From contig NZ_FXTI01000001.1 in the NCBI RefSeq assembly GCF_900182565.1, positions 478,316 to 542,315 of the forward strand: a stretch of DNA of 64,000 nt. The letters run 5' to 3'. This DNA is from Melghirimyces algeriensis. GTDB taxonomy: Bacteria; Bacillota; Bacilli; Thermoactinomycetales; DSM-45169. The position numbers and the translations under genes are program-made. This document shows positions 1 to 10,333 of the stretch, piece by piece (the stretch's first letter is position 1; the number at the start of each line of letters is the position of its first letter). Below the pieces are notes generated by a model that searched no databases, was not told the DNA's origin, and saw only the letters and a program-made list of their open reading frames with translations.

Positions 1-276
1 GCGAGGCCGCCCAGAAAGAGAACCAATCCTCCAAGGAAGTGAAGCCAGTGGAATCCTTCTCCTGCCATGGCCTCAAAAATAATATCCTTCATTAAATTCC
101 AGCCATAAATCCCGGCAGCACCGGGAATGCATAGCAATAATATCGCAAGAAGCCGTTGATAGACCACAATATCCACCCCTTTATCTTTCCTTATAGTAAC
201 GCATTATTCTTTGAAACGCCACGTATGATCAGTGTATGGTAAGATAGTACCGGAGAATGGTGACGGGAGGACGGCT

Positions 277-2340
277 ATGAAACGCTTTCTGATCGTAGGC
301 GGCGGAAAGGGAGGAACGGTACTTCTCAAAACTCTCTTACAAATGGACCAGGATCGGGTGAAAGTAATCGGTGTGGTTGATGTAAACGGACAAGCCCCTG
401 CTGTTCTTAAAGCAAAAGAATATGGTATTCCCGTGAGTCAGGTTGTTTCTGACTTTATCAAAAAAGAACCGGAAGTGGTTTTGGAAGCTACAGGGCGGCC
501 TGATGTCTACCATCATCTTTGTAAGGTAAAGAAAGAGGGTACCTTGGTGGTATCCGGAGAAATGGCCAATCTGTTTATGCAATTGATCAAGGAAAAAGAA
601 CAGTGGTTTGAGGCTTGGAGAAGGCGACAACTGGAATTGGATGCCATTGTCAATTCCACCCATGATGGAATGATTGCGGTGAACCGAAAGGGGAGAATTA
701 CGCTTTTTAATCGGGCTGCCAAACGGCTGATCGGAATGGATGAGTCGAGAGCAATGGGCAAATCTGTCACCGGGGTTCTTCCCGATTTACGGCTGGATCG
801 TGTCCTAAACACCGGCCAACCGGAGTTGAATGTTTCTCTGGAACTGTCCAATGGGAAGAAGATTGTAACCAATCGAGAACCGGTGACCGACCGGAAGGGA
901 AATGTGATTGGAGCGGTTGCCGTATTCCGGGATATTACAGAAGTGACGACGCTTGCCCGACAGGTAACCGATTTGAAGAGTATGAAAAGCCAACTCTCAT
1001 CCATCATTGATTCATCCGATGATGCCATTTCGGTTGTGGATACGGAAGGGCGGGGAGTGCTGATCAATCCGGCCTATACGAGGTTGACAGGTCTTGCTCC
1101 TTCCGATGTGATCGGAAAACCGGCAGACACGGATATTTCCGAAGGGGAAAGTATGCACATGAAGGTGCTTAAAACCGGTAAACCCGTCCGGGGTGTGCAT
1201 ATGAAAGTAGGTCCTCATCGAAAAGATGTGGTAGTGAATGCCGCTCCGATCACAGCGGATGGAAAGCTGAAGGGAAGTGTCGCCATTATTCACGATATGT
1301 CAGAAATCAAAGAGCTGTATGGTGAACTGGAGCGGGTGCGTCGGATTATCCGAACGCTGGAAGCCAAATACACGTTTGATGATATTATCGGTGAAAGCGG
1401 TCAGATGAAAACCGCATTGGCAGAAGCGCGACGGGGAGCGCATACAAGAGCAACCATTCTTCTTCGGGGGGAGTCGGGTACCGGAAAAGAACTTTTTGCC
1501 CATGCGATACACAATGCCAGCAATCGAAAATATAATCAGTTTGTTCGCGTCAATTGTGCTTCCCTCCCTGAACATCTGCTGGAAAGCGAGCTGTTTGGCT
1601 ATGTGGAAGGAGCTTTTACCGGTGCTCGACGCGGGGGAAAAAAAGGCTTTTTTGAGGAAGCCAATGAAGGAACCATTTTTCTGGATGAAATTGGAGAGCT
1701 TTCCCCCTCGACACAAGCCAAACTTCTGCGAGTCCTTCAGGAAAAAGAAGTGACCCGTGTCGGGGGCACAAAACCGATTCCAATCGATGTCCGGGTGATC
1801 GCAGCCACCAATGTGGATTTGGAGAAAGCAATGCAGGAAAAGCGGTTTCGGGAAGATCTGTATTATCGGTTGAATGTATTGCCCATTTATATTCCCCCTC
1901 TCCGGAAACGCGTGGAAGACCTTTACCCCTTGTCTCTTCACTTGGTAAAAAAGTTTAACCAAGAATATGGTCGGTATGTGACAAGGATTCATCCTGAAGC
2001 GATCCGTGTTTTGGAGGCTTATTCCTGGCCCGGCAATGTGCGCGAGTTGGAAAATGTCTTGGGTCGAGCCATGATTCACATGCAGTATGATGAAAGGGAG
2101 ATCCGCAAAGACCATCTGTTACCCTTGCAACCCGTTCCGGATTTTTTTATTCCTGCCGATGAACCTGATTCTTCAGGGATAAAAAAACTTTCCGAAGTCG
2201 TTTCACGTGCCGAACGAACTCATATTCTCCGTATGTATCGGGAAGCGGATGGAAACAAAACGGAAACGGCCCGGAAGCTGGGGATTTCCGTACGAAATCT
2301 ATACTATAAACTGGAGAAATATGGGATTGAAAAACCTTGA
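277..2340 (+). CDS. bkdR: Sigma-54-dependent transcriptional activator BkdR-like (PAS domain + AAA+ sigma-54 interaction domain + C-terminal HTH)
   Basis: Translation contains a PAS-like region, a Walker A motif GESGTGKE, a GAFTGA motif (EGAFTGARRG) and a C-terminal HTH (ETARKLGISVRNLYYKL). The track ORF starts at 232; the preferred start is ATG 277, preceded by GGGAGGA at 8 nt. It sits immediately upstream of a sigma-54 promoter and the bkd genes. Confidence 0.85.
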   Translation: MKRFLIVGGGKGGTVLLKTLLQMDQDRVKVIGVVDVNGQAPAVLKAKEYGIPVSQVVSDFIKKEPEVVLEATGRPDVYHHLCKVKKEGTLVVSGEMANLFMQLIKEKEQWFEAWRRRQLELDAIVNSTHDGMIAVNRKGRITLFNRAAKRLIGMDESRAMGKSVTGVLPDLRLDRVLNTGQPELNVSLELSNGKKIVTNREPVTDRKGNVIGAVAVFRDITEVTTLARQVTDLKSMKSQLSSIIDSSDDAISVVDTEGRGVLINPAYTRLTGLAPSDVIGKPADTDISEGESMHMKVLKTGKPVRGVHMKVGPHRKDVVVNAAPITADGKLKGSVAIIHDMSEIKELYGELERVRRIIRTLEAKYTFDDIIGESGQMKTALAEARRGAHTRATILLRGESGTGKELFAHAIHNASNRKYNQFVRVNCASLPEHLLESELFGYVEGAFTGARRGGKKGFFEEANEGTIFLDEIGELSPSTQAKLLRVLQEKEVTRVGGTKPIPIDVRVIAATNVDLEKAMQEKRFREDLYYRLNVLPIYIPPLRKRVEDLYPLSLHLVKKFNQEYGRYVTRIHPEAIRVLEAYSWPGNVRELENVLGRAMIHMQYDEREIRKDHLLPLQPVPDFFIPADEPDSSGIKKLSEVVSRAERTHILRMYREADGNKTETARKLGISVRNLYYKLEKYGIEKP

Positions 2341-2352
2341 ACCTACGTTAAA

Positions 2353-2372
2353 ACCTGCAAAATTTTGCAGGT
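2353..2372. terminator. Perfect 20-bp palindrome ACCTGCAAAATTTTGCAGGT 13 nt after the bkdR stop; intrinsic-terminator-like hairpin or activator binding site
   Basis: The sequence reads ACCTGCAAAA/TTTTGCAGGT, a perfect inverted repeat. No strong downstream T-run follows, so a protein-binding role (UAS) is equally possible. Confidence 0.35.
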
Positions 2373-2478
2373 AATGATGATCATAGTGTCTGCATTTTTT
2401 TGCACATATTTGGTTGGATTGTTTTGGATCAAGCCGGTAATCCCTTGAGAAGCGGCTTTTCTTTGCTGATCTGTTATT

Positions 2479-2494
2479 TGGCATGGATTTTGCT
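2479..2494 (+). promoter_or_regulatory. Sigma-54 (-24/-12) promoter TGGCATGgattTTGCT
   Basis: The GG and GC elements are spaced exactly as in the consensus TGGCACG-N4-TTGCA. It lies about 200 nt upstream of ldh and downstream of the sigma-54 activator gene. Confidence 0.6.
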
Positions 2495-2694
2495 CAATCA
2501 TGTATGGTGAATCGGCAACTGAAGAAAAATAGATTTGCTATGAATCACTCTGTTCGGATAAGGTCTTATCCTTCCACTTTATAAAAGGATTGATGCAGTG
2601 AATCAAATCTAACATCGGCAAATTGCTTTATGAAACGGAGCCATTCTTTCCATATGGTATGGATGAGGCGACATACAAAGGAGGAATCTGTATA

Positions 2695-3795
2695 ATGAAG
2701 ATTTTTGATTATCTGAGCCAAGGTGATTATGAGCAACTCATGTTCTGCCAAGATGAAGATTCCGGGTTAAAGGCGATTATTGCGATTCATGATACCACTT
2801 TGGGTCCTGCATTAGGCGGGACACGCATGTGGACCTATGAATCGGAAGAGGATGCGATTGTGGATGCTTTGCGGTTGGCTCGTGGAATGACCTACAAGGC
2901 AGCAGCATCCGGGTTAAACTTGGGTGGGGGAAAAGCTGTTATCATCGGTGATCCGAAAAAAGACAAGAATGAAATGATGTTCCGCGCTTTTGGCCGGTTT
3001 ATTCAAGGGTTAAATGGGCGGTATATTACAGCGGAAGATGTTGGGACAACCGTTCAGGATATGGATATCATTCATGAAGAAACCCACTTTGTTACAGGAG
3101 TGTCTCCTGCCTTTGGTTCCAGCGGAAATCCGTCACCCGTCACAGCGTTTGGCGTCTATCACGGGATGAAAGCGGCAGCCAAAGAGGCATTTGGTGACGA
3201 TTCTCTCCGAGGGAAAACGGTAGCCGTTCAGGGCGTTGGGAGTGTTTCCTATCATCTTTGCAAGTTTTTGAATGATGAGGGTGTAAATTTGATTGTTACA
3301 GATATTAATCCGGAAAATGTAGAACGGGCTGTTCATGATTTTGGGGCAGAGACCGTTGAACCGGATGCGATTTATGATGTGGATTGTGATGTTTTTTCTC
3401 CCTGTGCGTTGGGTGCCATTATCAATGATGATACGATTGACCGTTTAAAGTGCAAAGTGATCGCAGGCTCTGCCAATAACCAACTAAAAGAAGAACGGCA
3501 CGGAGACATATTAAATGAAAAGGGAATCGTTTATGCGCCAGATTATGTCATTAATGCCGGTGGGCTGATCAATGTAGCAGATGAGCTTTTGGGGTATAAT
3601 CGGGAACGTGCAATGAAAAAAGTGGAAAATATCTATCATACAATTACCCGGATATTTGAAATTGCAAAGCGTGACCAGATTCCTACTTACAAAGCGGCAG
3701 ATCGCATGGCAGAAGAACGGATTCAGTCGATGCGTCATTGTCGGAGCAATTTTTTGTTAAATGAGCGAAATATCCTTAGTATGACCAATCGTTGA
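2695..3795 (+). CDS. bcd: Leucine dehydrogenase (Glu/Leu/Phe/Val dehydrogenase family)
   Basis: The N-terminus [46 protein letters not shown] matches B. subtilis Bcd. The start is moved to ATG 2695, preceded by AAAGGAGGA at 9 nt; the track ORF starts at 2623. Confidence 0.85.
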   Translation: MKIFDYLSQGDYEQLMFCQDEDSGLKAIIAIHDTTLGPALGGTRMWTYESEEDAIVDALRLARGMTYKAAASGLNLGGGKAVIIGDPKKDKNEMMFRAFGRFIQGLNGRYITAEDVGTTVQDMDIIHEETHFVTGVSPAFGSSGNPSPVTAFGVYHGMKAAAKEAFGDDSLRGKTVAVQGVGSVSYHLCKFLNDEGVNLIVTDINPENVERAVHDFGAETVEPDAIYDVDCDVFSPCALGAIINDDTIDRLKCKVIAGSANNQLKEERHGDILNEKGIVYAPDYVINAGGLINVADELLGYNRERAMKKVENIYHTITRIFEIAKRDQIPTYKAADRMAEERIQSMRHCRSNFLLNERNILSMTNR

Positions 3796-4012
3796 GGGTG
3801 GCTTTATGAGAAAAAAGGTGTCCGGTTTTGAATTCCTTATTTTTCCATACCCTGTGATGGACATATCCCCGCCTCATTTAGAAAGCGCTTTCATAAAAGG
3901 GGTTACACTACTTTTTGAAATTGCTGTGGACACCTCGTCCATCCAATGGAAAAATGGATAATGGGGAAAAAGTGATTGGGAATTGGTGGAGAAAAAGGAG
4001 CGGAACGAATCC

Positions 4013-5437
4013 ATGGCAGAAAATTACGATCTTGTCGTTTTGGGTGCCGGACCAGGGGGCTATGTCGCAGCCATCCGGGCAGCCCAGCTCGGTTTCAAAA
4101 CAGCAGTAGTGGAAAAGAGGAAAGTGGGAGGGGTTTGTCTGCATAAAGGATGTATCCCTTCCAAATCGCTGTTGAGAAGTGCGGAATTGTATCATGAGAT
4201 GAAACAGAGTAAGAACTATGGTATTCAAGCCGAGAATGTACATTTGGATTTTTCCTTGGTGCAATCCAGAAAGAATCAGGTGAAAGAGCAACTCTTTAAA
4301 GGAGTCAAGCACCTGTTGAAGAAAAACGGGGTGACCGTTGTGGAAGGGACTGGGCGGATTCTGGGTTCATCAATCTTTTCTCCACAGCCGGGCACGATTT
4401 CTGTGGAAAAAGAGGATGGCAGTGAGCCGGAGATGTTAGTTCCTCAATATGTGCTGATCGCTACCGGATCACGTCCTCGAACGTTACCTGGTCTCCATGT
4501 AGACGGAAAGTCCATTCTGTATTCCGATCATGCTCTGGAGATGGAAAAATTACCGGAGTCGATTGTGATCGTGGGGGGAGGTGTAATCGGAATAGAATGG
4601 GCATCGATGCTCAATGACTTTGGTGTCGATGTGACCGTTGTGGAATATATGGATCGAATATTGCCGTTGGAAGACTCCGATGTCAGTAAAGAGATGACCC
4701 GTTTGATGAAAAAACGAAAAGTGAAAATCCTTACCTCTGCGAAAGTATTGTCTGAATCAGTTCAGGTGGAGAATGGACAGGTTACGTTGCAGGTGGAAAA
4801 AGGCGGCACAACCCAATCACTAAAGGCTGAAAAGATGCTGGTTTCGGTTGGAAGACAACCCAACACGGAAGATATCGGCCTTCACAATACATCTATCAAG
4901 GAAGAAAAAGGATTTATCCAAGTGAATGAATATGGTCAAACGGCAGAATCCCACATTTATGCGATCGGGGATGTGACCGGGGGATATCAGCTGGCCCATG
5001 TTGCTTCTCACGAGGGGATTCTGGCAGTGGAACATATGGCCGGAAATCAGCCATATCCCCTGAATCCGACGATGATTCCGCGTTGTACATACAGTCGCCC
5101 CGAAATTGGAAGTATCGGTCTATCCGAAGAAGAAGCAAAAGAGCAGGGATATGAGTTGAAAGTTGGTAAATTTCCATTCCGGGGAGTGGGAAAATCCCTT
5201 GTATTCGGAGAGTCTGATGGCTTTATTAAATTGATTGCAGACAAGGAAACAGAAGATATTTTGGGGGTTCATATCATTGGTCCGCATGCGACAGATCTGA
5301 TATCCGAGGCAGGTTTGGCTAAAGTGATGGATGCTACCCCGTGGGAGATCAGTCAAGCGATTCATCCCCATCCGACCCTGTCGGAAGTTTACGGGGAAGT
5401 GGCGATGGGAATAGAAGGGGTTCCGATTCATTCGTAA
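4013..5437 (+). CDS. lpdV: Dihydrolipoyl dehydrogenase (E3) of the branched-chain 2-oxoacid dehydrogenase complex
   Basis: FAD-binding GAGPGGY motif, redox-active CLHKGCIPSK and a pyridine-nucleotide disulfide oxidoreductase fold. Start is ATG 4013 after AAGGAG. Confidence 0.85.
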   Translation: MAENYDLVVLGAGPGGYVAAIRAAQLGFKTAVVEKRKVGGVCLHKGCIPSKSLLRSAELYHEMKQSKNYGIQAENVHLDFSLVQSRKNQVKEQLFKGVKHLLKKNGVTVVEGTGRILGSSIFSPQPGTISVEKEDGSEPEMLVPQYVLIATGSRPRTLPGLHVDGKSILYSDHALEMEKLPESIVIVGGGVIGIEWASMLNDFGVDVTVVEYMDRILPLEDSDVSKEMTRLMKKRKVKILTSAKVLSESVQVENGQVTLQVEKGGTTQSLKAEKMLVSVGRQPNTEDIGLHNTSIKEEKGFIQVNEYGQTAESHIYAIGDVTGGYQLAHVASHEGILAVEHMAGNQPYPLNPTMIPRCTYSRPEIGSIGLSEEEAKEQGYELKVGKFPFRGVGKSLVFGESDGFIKLIADKETEDILGVHIIGPHATDLISEAGLAKVMDATPWEISQAIHPHPTLSEVYGEVAMGIEGVPIHS

Positions 5438-5484
5438 TCTTATGAAGAAGAAACCAATGGAAAAGGGATCGGAGGGATTGGTCA

Positions 5485-6477
5485 ATGGGTAACGAGCGAC
5501 ACAAAACACTGGGCCTGTCGGATGAGCAGGTTCTGGATATGTACCGTTACATGCTGTTGGCGCGCAAGATTGATGAGCGGATGTGGCTGTTAAATCGAGC
5601 GGGAAAAATCCCGTTTGTCATTTCTTGCCAAGGGCAGGAGGCGATCCAGGTGGGGGCTGCCTTTGCTCTGGATCGGGAAAAGGATTGGCTTTGCCCGTAT
5701 TACCGGGATCTAGGAATGGTGCTGGTCTTCGGGCAATCTGCACGGGATCAGATGCTGTCCGCTTTTGCCAAAGCGGAAGATCCGAACAGCGGAGGCCGGC
5801 AGATGCCAGGGCATTATGGAGATCGCCGGTTTCGGATTGTATCAGGTTCCAGCCCGGTAACGACCCAATTGTTGCATGCTGTGGGTGTAGCTTTAGCTGC
5901 CAAAATGGATCAGAAAGATATTGTTTCTTTTACTTCTTTCGGTGAGGGTTCCAGTAACCAGGGAGATTTTCATGAAGGTCTCAATTTTGCGGGTGTACAC
6001 AACCTCCCGGTGATTTTTATGTGCGAAAACAACAAGTACGCCATTTCCGTTCCGGTTGAAAAACAACTAGCTGGAGGAAGCGTGGCAGCACGGGCTCAAG
6101 GCTATGGCATGCCAGGTGTTCAGGTGGATGGAAATGATCCGCTGAAAGTGTTTGAAGCCGTGAAAACCGCTGCGGATCGCGCCCGTTGTGGTCAAGGTCC
6201 CACATTGATTGAAGCGTCTTCCTATCGGTTGGTGCCCCACTCCAGTGATGATGATGACCGTTCCTACAGAAGGACTGAAGAGGTGGAAGAAGCGAGAAAG
6301 AATGATCCTTTGGTGCAGTTTCAAAAGTATCTTCAGGAGACGGGTTTGTTGAACAAAGAAAAAGAGAAGCTTCTGGATCAGGAGATCAACAAAGAGGTGG
6401 ATGATGCGACGGATTATGCTGAACAGGCTCCTGATCCTGACCCGGCTCAAACCTATACTCACGTCTACGCGGAATAG
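5485..6477 (+). CDS. bkdAA: Branched-chain 2-oxoacid dehydrogenase E1 alpha subunit
   Basis: TPP-dependent E1 alpha homology, with the start preceded by GGAGGG. Confidence 0.85.
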   Translation: MGNERHKTLGLSDEQVLDMYRYMLLARKIDERMWLLNRAGKIPFVISCQGQEAIQVGAAFALDREKDWLCPYYRDLGMVLVFGQSARDQMLSAFAKAEDPNSGGRQMPGHYGDRRFRIVSGSSPVTTQLLHAVGVALAAKMDQKDIVSFTSFGEGSSNQGDFHEGLNFAGVHNLPVIFMCENNKYAISVPVEKQLAGGSVAARAQGYGMPGVQVDGNDPLKVFEAVKTAADRARCGQGPTLIEASSYRLVPHSSDDDDRSYRRTEEVEEARKNDPLVQFQKYLQETGLLNKEKEKLLDQEINKEVDDATDYAEQAPDPDPAQTYTHVYAE

Positions 6478-6488
6478 GAGGAGAAAAC

Positions 6489-7472
6489 ATGGCGGTTATA
6501 TCATATATCGATGCTGTAACTCAAGCACTGAGGGAAGAGATGCAGCGGGATGAACGCGTTTTCGTGCTGGGTGAAGATGTGGGTGTTCGCGGTGGAGTAT
6601 TCCGGGCGACGGATGGTCTGATTGACACATTTGGGCCTGAACGGGTACTGGATACACCACTTACCGAGTCAGCTATTGCAGGTGTTTCGATTGGGGCATC
6701 CGTTTACGGAAAACGTCCAGTCGCAGAAATGCAGTTTGCTGATTTTATTTTACCGGCAGTAAACCAAATTATCAGTGAGGCTGCCAAGATGCGTTACCGT
6801 TCAAATAATGCATGGAATTGCCCTCTGGTTATTCGGGCGCCATACGGTGGTGGAGTGCATGGTGCACTCTATCATTCACAAAGTGTGGAGAAAATTTTTA
6901 CGGGGGTCCCAGGGTTAAAGATTGTGATGCCCTCTACCCCATATGATGTAAAGGGACTGTTAAAGAGTTCCATCCGGGATGAAGATCCTGTTCTCTTTTT
7001 TGAACATAAACGCTGTTACCGATTGATCAAAGGGGAGGTTCCTGAGGAAGATTATACGGTTCCGATTGGAAAAGCTGAGGTCAAGCGGGAGGGAACGGAT
7101 GTAACCGTTATTTCCTATGGCTTAACCCTTCATTTTGCGCAGAAAGCGGCCGAGGAATTGGAAAAAGAGGGAATCAGTGTCCATATACTGGATCTTCGTA
7201 CCCTGGTTCCTTTGGATAAAGAAGCGATCCTTGAAGCGGTGGCAAAGACAGGTAAAGGTTTGATCATTCATGAGGATAACGTAACGGGTGGATTTGGAGG
7301 AGAAATATCGGCTGTTATTGCAGAGGAAGCCTTTTTTGAACTGGATGCTCCAGTTCGTCGGCTTTGTGGTCCCGATGTTCCATCCATGCCCTACAGTCCG
7401 TCATTGGAAAAAGAGTTTATGTTAAATCCTGAGAAAGTGACAAATGCCATTCGAGATCTAGCAGAATTTTAA
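6489..7472 (+). CDS. bkdAB: Branched-chain 2-oxoacid dehydrogenase E1 beta subunit
   Basis: Transketolase-like E1 beta homology, with the start preceded by GGAGGAG. Confidence 0.85.
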   Translation: MAVISYIDAVTQALREEMQRDERVFVLGEDVGVRGGVFRATDGLIDTFGPERVLDTPLTESAIAGVSIGASVYGKRPVAEMQFADFILPAVNQIISEAAKMRYRSNNAWNCPLVIRAPYGGGVHGALYHSQSVEKIFTGVPGLKIVMPSTPYDVKGLLKSSIRDEDPVLFFEHKRCYRLIKGEVPEEDYTVPIGKAEVKREGTDVTVISYGLTLHFAQKAAEELEKEGISVHILDLRTLVPLDKEAILEAVAKTGKGLIIHEDNVTGGFGGEISAVIAEEAFFELDAPVRRLCGPDVPSMPYSPSLEKEFMLNPEKVTNAIRDLAEF

Positions 7473-7524
7473 CGATATATGAAAATACGCCAAAACCATC
7501 AAATGCCTGGCGAGGAGGTTTAAG

Positions 7525-8781
7525 ATGGCAACGGATATTGCAATGCCCCAACTGGGTGAGAGTGTAACGGAAGGAACCATTACCAAATGGCTCAAAGAGC
7601 CAGGGGATTCCGTTTCCAAATATGAGCCTCTCTGTGAAGTGGCGACAGATAAAGTGAATGCGGAAGTTCCTGCCACGGTTAGTGGAAAGGTGACGGAGAT
7701 CGTGACTGAGGAAGGAAAGACCGTGGCTGTAGGTGAAGTGATTTGTCGTGTGGAGGAAGAAGGAAAAGAGAAGGATAAAGCGGCAGCTCCGGCAGAAAAA
7801 GCGCAGACGGATCAAAAGGTTACCAAGCCTGATGTTCCGAAAGATTCAATGAAGCGCCGGTATTCGCCAGCGGTTTTGCGGTTGGCTCAGGAACATGATA
7901 TTGATCTGGAACAAGTGGAGGGAACCGGAAAAGGTGGTCGGATTACCCGTAAAGATCTGCTGAAATTAATTGAATCAGGTGAAATGGTTCCAGTTCAGGA
8001 GAAAGCTTCTCCCATATCGGAAACAAAGGCGGAGCCGGCCTCAGTTGCGCAACCCAATGAGCAGAAGACAGCTATTCAAAGGGAAGAGGGAGATGAGGAA
8101 GTCCCGCTTACCAATGTCAGAAAAACGATTGCTCAGCGCATGGTGCAGAGCAAACACGAGGCTCCCCATGCTTGGACAATGATACAGGCGGATGTTACCG
8201 GTCTTGTCAAATTGCGCAATAAGCACAAGGATGCGTTTAAAAAAAGAGAAGGAATCAGTCTGACTTACATGCCGTTTTTCATCAAAGCGGTAGTGGATTC
8301 ACTAAAGGAATTTCCTTATCTCAATTCCGCCTGGGGTGTGGATAGGATTATCCTGAAAAAGCGGATCAATATCTCTATAGCCGTTGCCACGGAGGATGCG
8401 CTCTATGTACCCGTGATCCATGATGCCGATGAAAAAAGTGTTTTGGGTCTGGCCAAAGCGATTCATCATCTGGCCGAAAAAACGCGATCCGGAACATTAA
8501 CCATGGATGATTTGTCTGGAGGGACCTTTACCGTAAACAATACGGGCTCTTTTGGCTCCATTGCTTCACAACCGATTATTAACCATCCCCAGGCAGCGAT
8601 TCTCTCGATGGAGTCCATTGTAAAACAGCCAGTGATCAAAGATGAGATGATTGCGGTTCGGGATTTAGTCAATCTCTGTCTCTCACTGGATCACCGAATT
8701 TTGGACGGTTTAATGGCTGGACGGTTTTTGCAGCAGGTGAAGAAACGTCTGGAAGCTTACAGTCCCGATACACCATTCTAA
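7525..8781 (+). CDS. bkdB: Lipoamide acyltransferase E2 component
   Basis: Lipoyl domain (EVATDKV), a subunit-binding domain and a 2-oxoacid dehydrogenase catalytic domain (DHRILDG). Confidence 0.85.
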   Translation: MATDIAMPQLGESVTEGTITKWLKEPGDSVSKYEPLCEVATDKVNAEVPATVSGKVTEIVTEEGKTVAVGEVICRVEEEGKEKDKAAAPAEKAQTDQKVTKPDVPKDSMKRRYSPAVLRLAQEHDIDLEQVEGTGKGGRITRKDLLKLIESGEMVPVQEKASPISETKAEPASVAQPNEQKTAIQREEGDEEVPLTNVRKTIAQRMVQSKHEAPHAWTMIQADVTGLVKLRNKHKDAFKKREGISLTYMPFFIKAVVDSLKEFPYLNSAWGVDRIILKKRINISIAVATEDALYVPVIHDADEKSVLGLAKAIHHLAEKTRSGTLTMDDLSGGTFTVNNTGSFGSIASQPIINHPQAAILSMESIVKQPVIKDEMIAVRDLVNLCLSLDHRILDGLMAGRFLQQVKKRLEAYSPDTPF

Positions 8782-8789
8782 TCCATATA

Positions 8790-8832
8790 CAACAACCGGT
8801 TTCCATCAAGGGGAACCGGTTGTTCATTTTTG
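8790..8832 (+). terminator. Intrinsic terminator of the bkd operon
   Basis: Stem AACAACCGGTT...AACCGGTTGTT followed by CATTTTT. Confidence 0.6.
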
Positions 8833-8866
8833 GACGTCACCTTGTGAACGGATCGGATAAATAATC

Positions 8867-8896
8867 TTGATATCAAAGCATAACAGATGGTATAAT
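8867..8896 (+). promoter_or_regulatory. SigA-type promoter TTGATA-18-TGgTATAAT
   Basis: Near-consensus -35 element and an extended -10 about 70 nt upstream of the CarD-like gene. Confidence 0.45.
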
Positions 8897-8966
8897 ATTT
8901 ATTTTTTAACAAACTGCCGGATTTGTGGTATCCTTATATTAAGATTTGTACAGGGGAGTGGTGATC

Positions 8967-9452
8967 TTGTTCCAAGCTGGTGAGAAGATCGTATACCCTT
9001 TATTTGGTGCGGGTGTGATTCAATCCATTGATGAGAAAGAGATTTTGGGAAAAAAGCAGCTTTATTATATTTTGAAGATGTCGATTGGGAACATGGAAAT
9101 TATGATTCCATTGGATAAAATGGAATTGTTGGGAATTCGGAAGGTTGTGGATACCAATACAATGGAAGATGTGCTGTTTCTCATCAATGAAGGTGAAGTG
9201 GATGCATCCGTTGCGTGGAATCAACGGTATCGAGCCAATATGGAGAAGATGAAAACGGGTGACATTTTCAAAGGTACCGAAGTCATCCGCGATTTAACCC
9301 AGATCAATAGGCAAAGAACTCTTGGCGCCGGTGAAAAGAAAATGTTGGATGATGCCATGCAGATTTTGGCCAGTGAACTGGCGCTGGTAAAGGATATCGG
9401 AGAGGAAAAAGCGTCCGATCTTTTGAATCAGGTGATTTGTACAAAGGTTTAG
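8967..9452 (+). CDS. CarD/CdnL/TRCF-RID family transcription factor (YdeB-like)
   Basis: The N-terminal motif FQAGEKIVYPLFGAGVIQSIDEKEILGKKQLYYIL matches the RNAP-interacting domain of CarD/TRCF. Start is moved to TTG 8967, preceded by GGGGAGTGG at 8 nt. Confidence 0.6.
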   Translation: MFQAGEKIVYPLFGAGVIQSIDEKEILGKKQLYYILKMSIGNMEIMIPLDKMELLGIRKVVDTNTMEDVLFLINEGEVDASVAWNQRYRANMEKMKTGDIFKGTEVIRDLTQINRQRTLGAGEKKMLDDAMQILASELALVKDIGEEKASDLLNQVICTKV

Positions 9453-9535
9453 ACCATCGAGGAGTAATAAGACCTGCACCAACCGCTCCCTATTGAAATC
9501 TGGAGTCGTTGGATGATCGATCGATGGAAATTGAA

Positions 9536-9572
9536 GCGAAAGCTCTTCTCTTCCTAAAGGGAGAGCTTTTTT
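9536..9572 (+). terminator. Intrinsic terminator (AGCTCTTCTC...GGAGAGCT + T7)
   Basis: Hairpin followed by TTTTTTT, downstream of the CarD-like gene. Confidence 0.5.
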
Positions 9573-9578
9573 TATATC

Positions 9579-9611
9579 TTGTATTTTTTTGCAATATGCG
9601 ATATATTGCAT
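9579..9611 (+). promoter_or_regulatory. SigA-type promoter TTGTAT-17-TATATT overlapped by inverted repeat TTGCAATAT-N5-ATATTGCA (candidate GntR operator)
   Basis: The 9-bp inverted repeat spans the spacer and -10 element immediately upstream of the GntR gene, which is the typical layout for autoregulation. Confidence 0.4.
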
Positions 9612-9637
9612 ATAACTGTTAGTGGAGGAGGGAAATC

Positions 9638-10333
9638 ATGCCGATTCCCAGTGATTTTGAGAAATATTCGCGGATATCTGCAAAGGAGCGGGTATTCCGT
9701 CAAGTTCGAGATTGGATTACCGATGGAACACTTCAGCCTGGAGAAAAAATCATTGACAAGGAATTGGCGGAAGCGATCGGTGTAAGTCGAACCCCGGTCA
9801 GAGAAGCGCTTCAGATCCTTGAATATCAAGGGTTTGTGGAAATGCAGCCCGGAAAGGAGACCAAAGTAACACAACTGAGTGACCAGGATGTTTTTCAGCT
9901 GTATCCTCCATTGGCTGCACTGGATTCTCTGGCCGTGAAGCTTGCTGTTGATCGGATCAACGAGAAGACCCTTCAGGAATTGCGCCACATCAATGAGCAG
10001 TTTTCGATCGCTGTATCAAAAAAGAATCGCAATTTGGCGCTGGAATGGGATGAGCGTTTTCACAGGATGATCGTACAAACCTCAGCCAATCCATATATTG
10101 CGGAATTCACCTCACTGTTGCATCGTCATATCCGGCGAATGAAGTTCGTCTTTTTTAATCCCTCGATGATTCCGGCAAAAGCTTCCGTGGAAGAACACCG
10201 GAAGATTATTGAAGCGCTAAATGAGAGAGACGGTGAGTCTGCCGCGCAAATGATGAAGCAAAACTGGCTTCGAGCGATGGACATTGTGGTTAATGAAATC
10301 CGAAAATCCGATGAAGAGGAACGAGAGGGATGA
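9638..10333 (+). CDS. GntR family transcriptional regulator (FadR/FCD subfamily)
   Basis: N-terminal winged HTH (LAEAIGVSRTPVREAL) plus a C-terminal FCD-like helical domain. Start is preceded by GGAGGAGGG. Confidence 0.8.
   Translation: MPIPSDFEKYSRISAKERVFRQVRDWITDGTLQPGEKIIDKELAEAIGVSRTPVREALQILEYQGFVEMQPGKETKVTQLSDQDVFQLYPPLAALDSLAVKLAVDRINEKTLQELRHINEQFSIAVSKKNRNLALEWDERFHRMIVQTSANPYIAEFTSLLHRHIRRMKFVFFNPSMIPAKASVEEHRKIIEALNERDGESAAQMMKQNWLRAMDIVVNEIRKSDEEEREG

Noticed and set aside
1300-2115. 271-aa minus-strand ORF
   Set aside because: It lies entirely antisense within the well-supported bkdR sigma-54 activator gene and has no RBS or domain signal. It is a typical shadow ORF.
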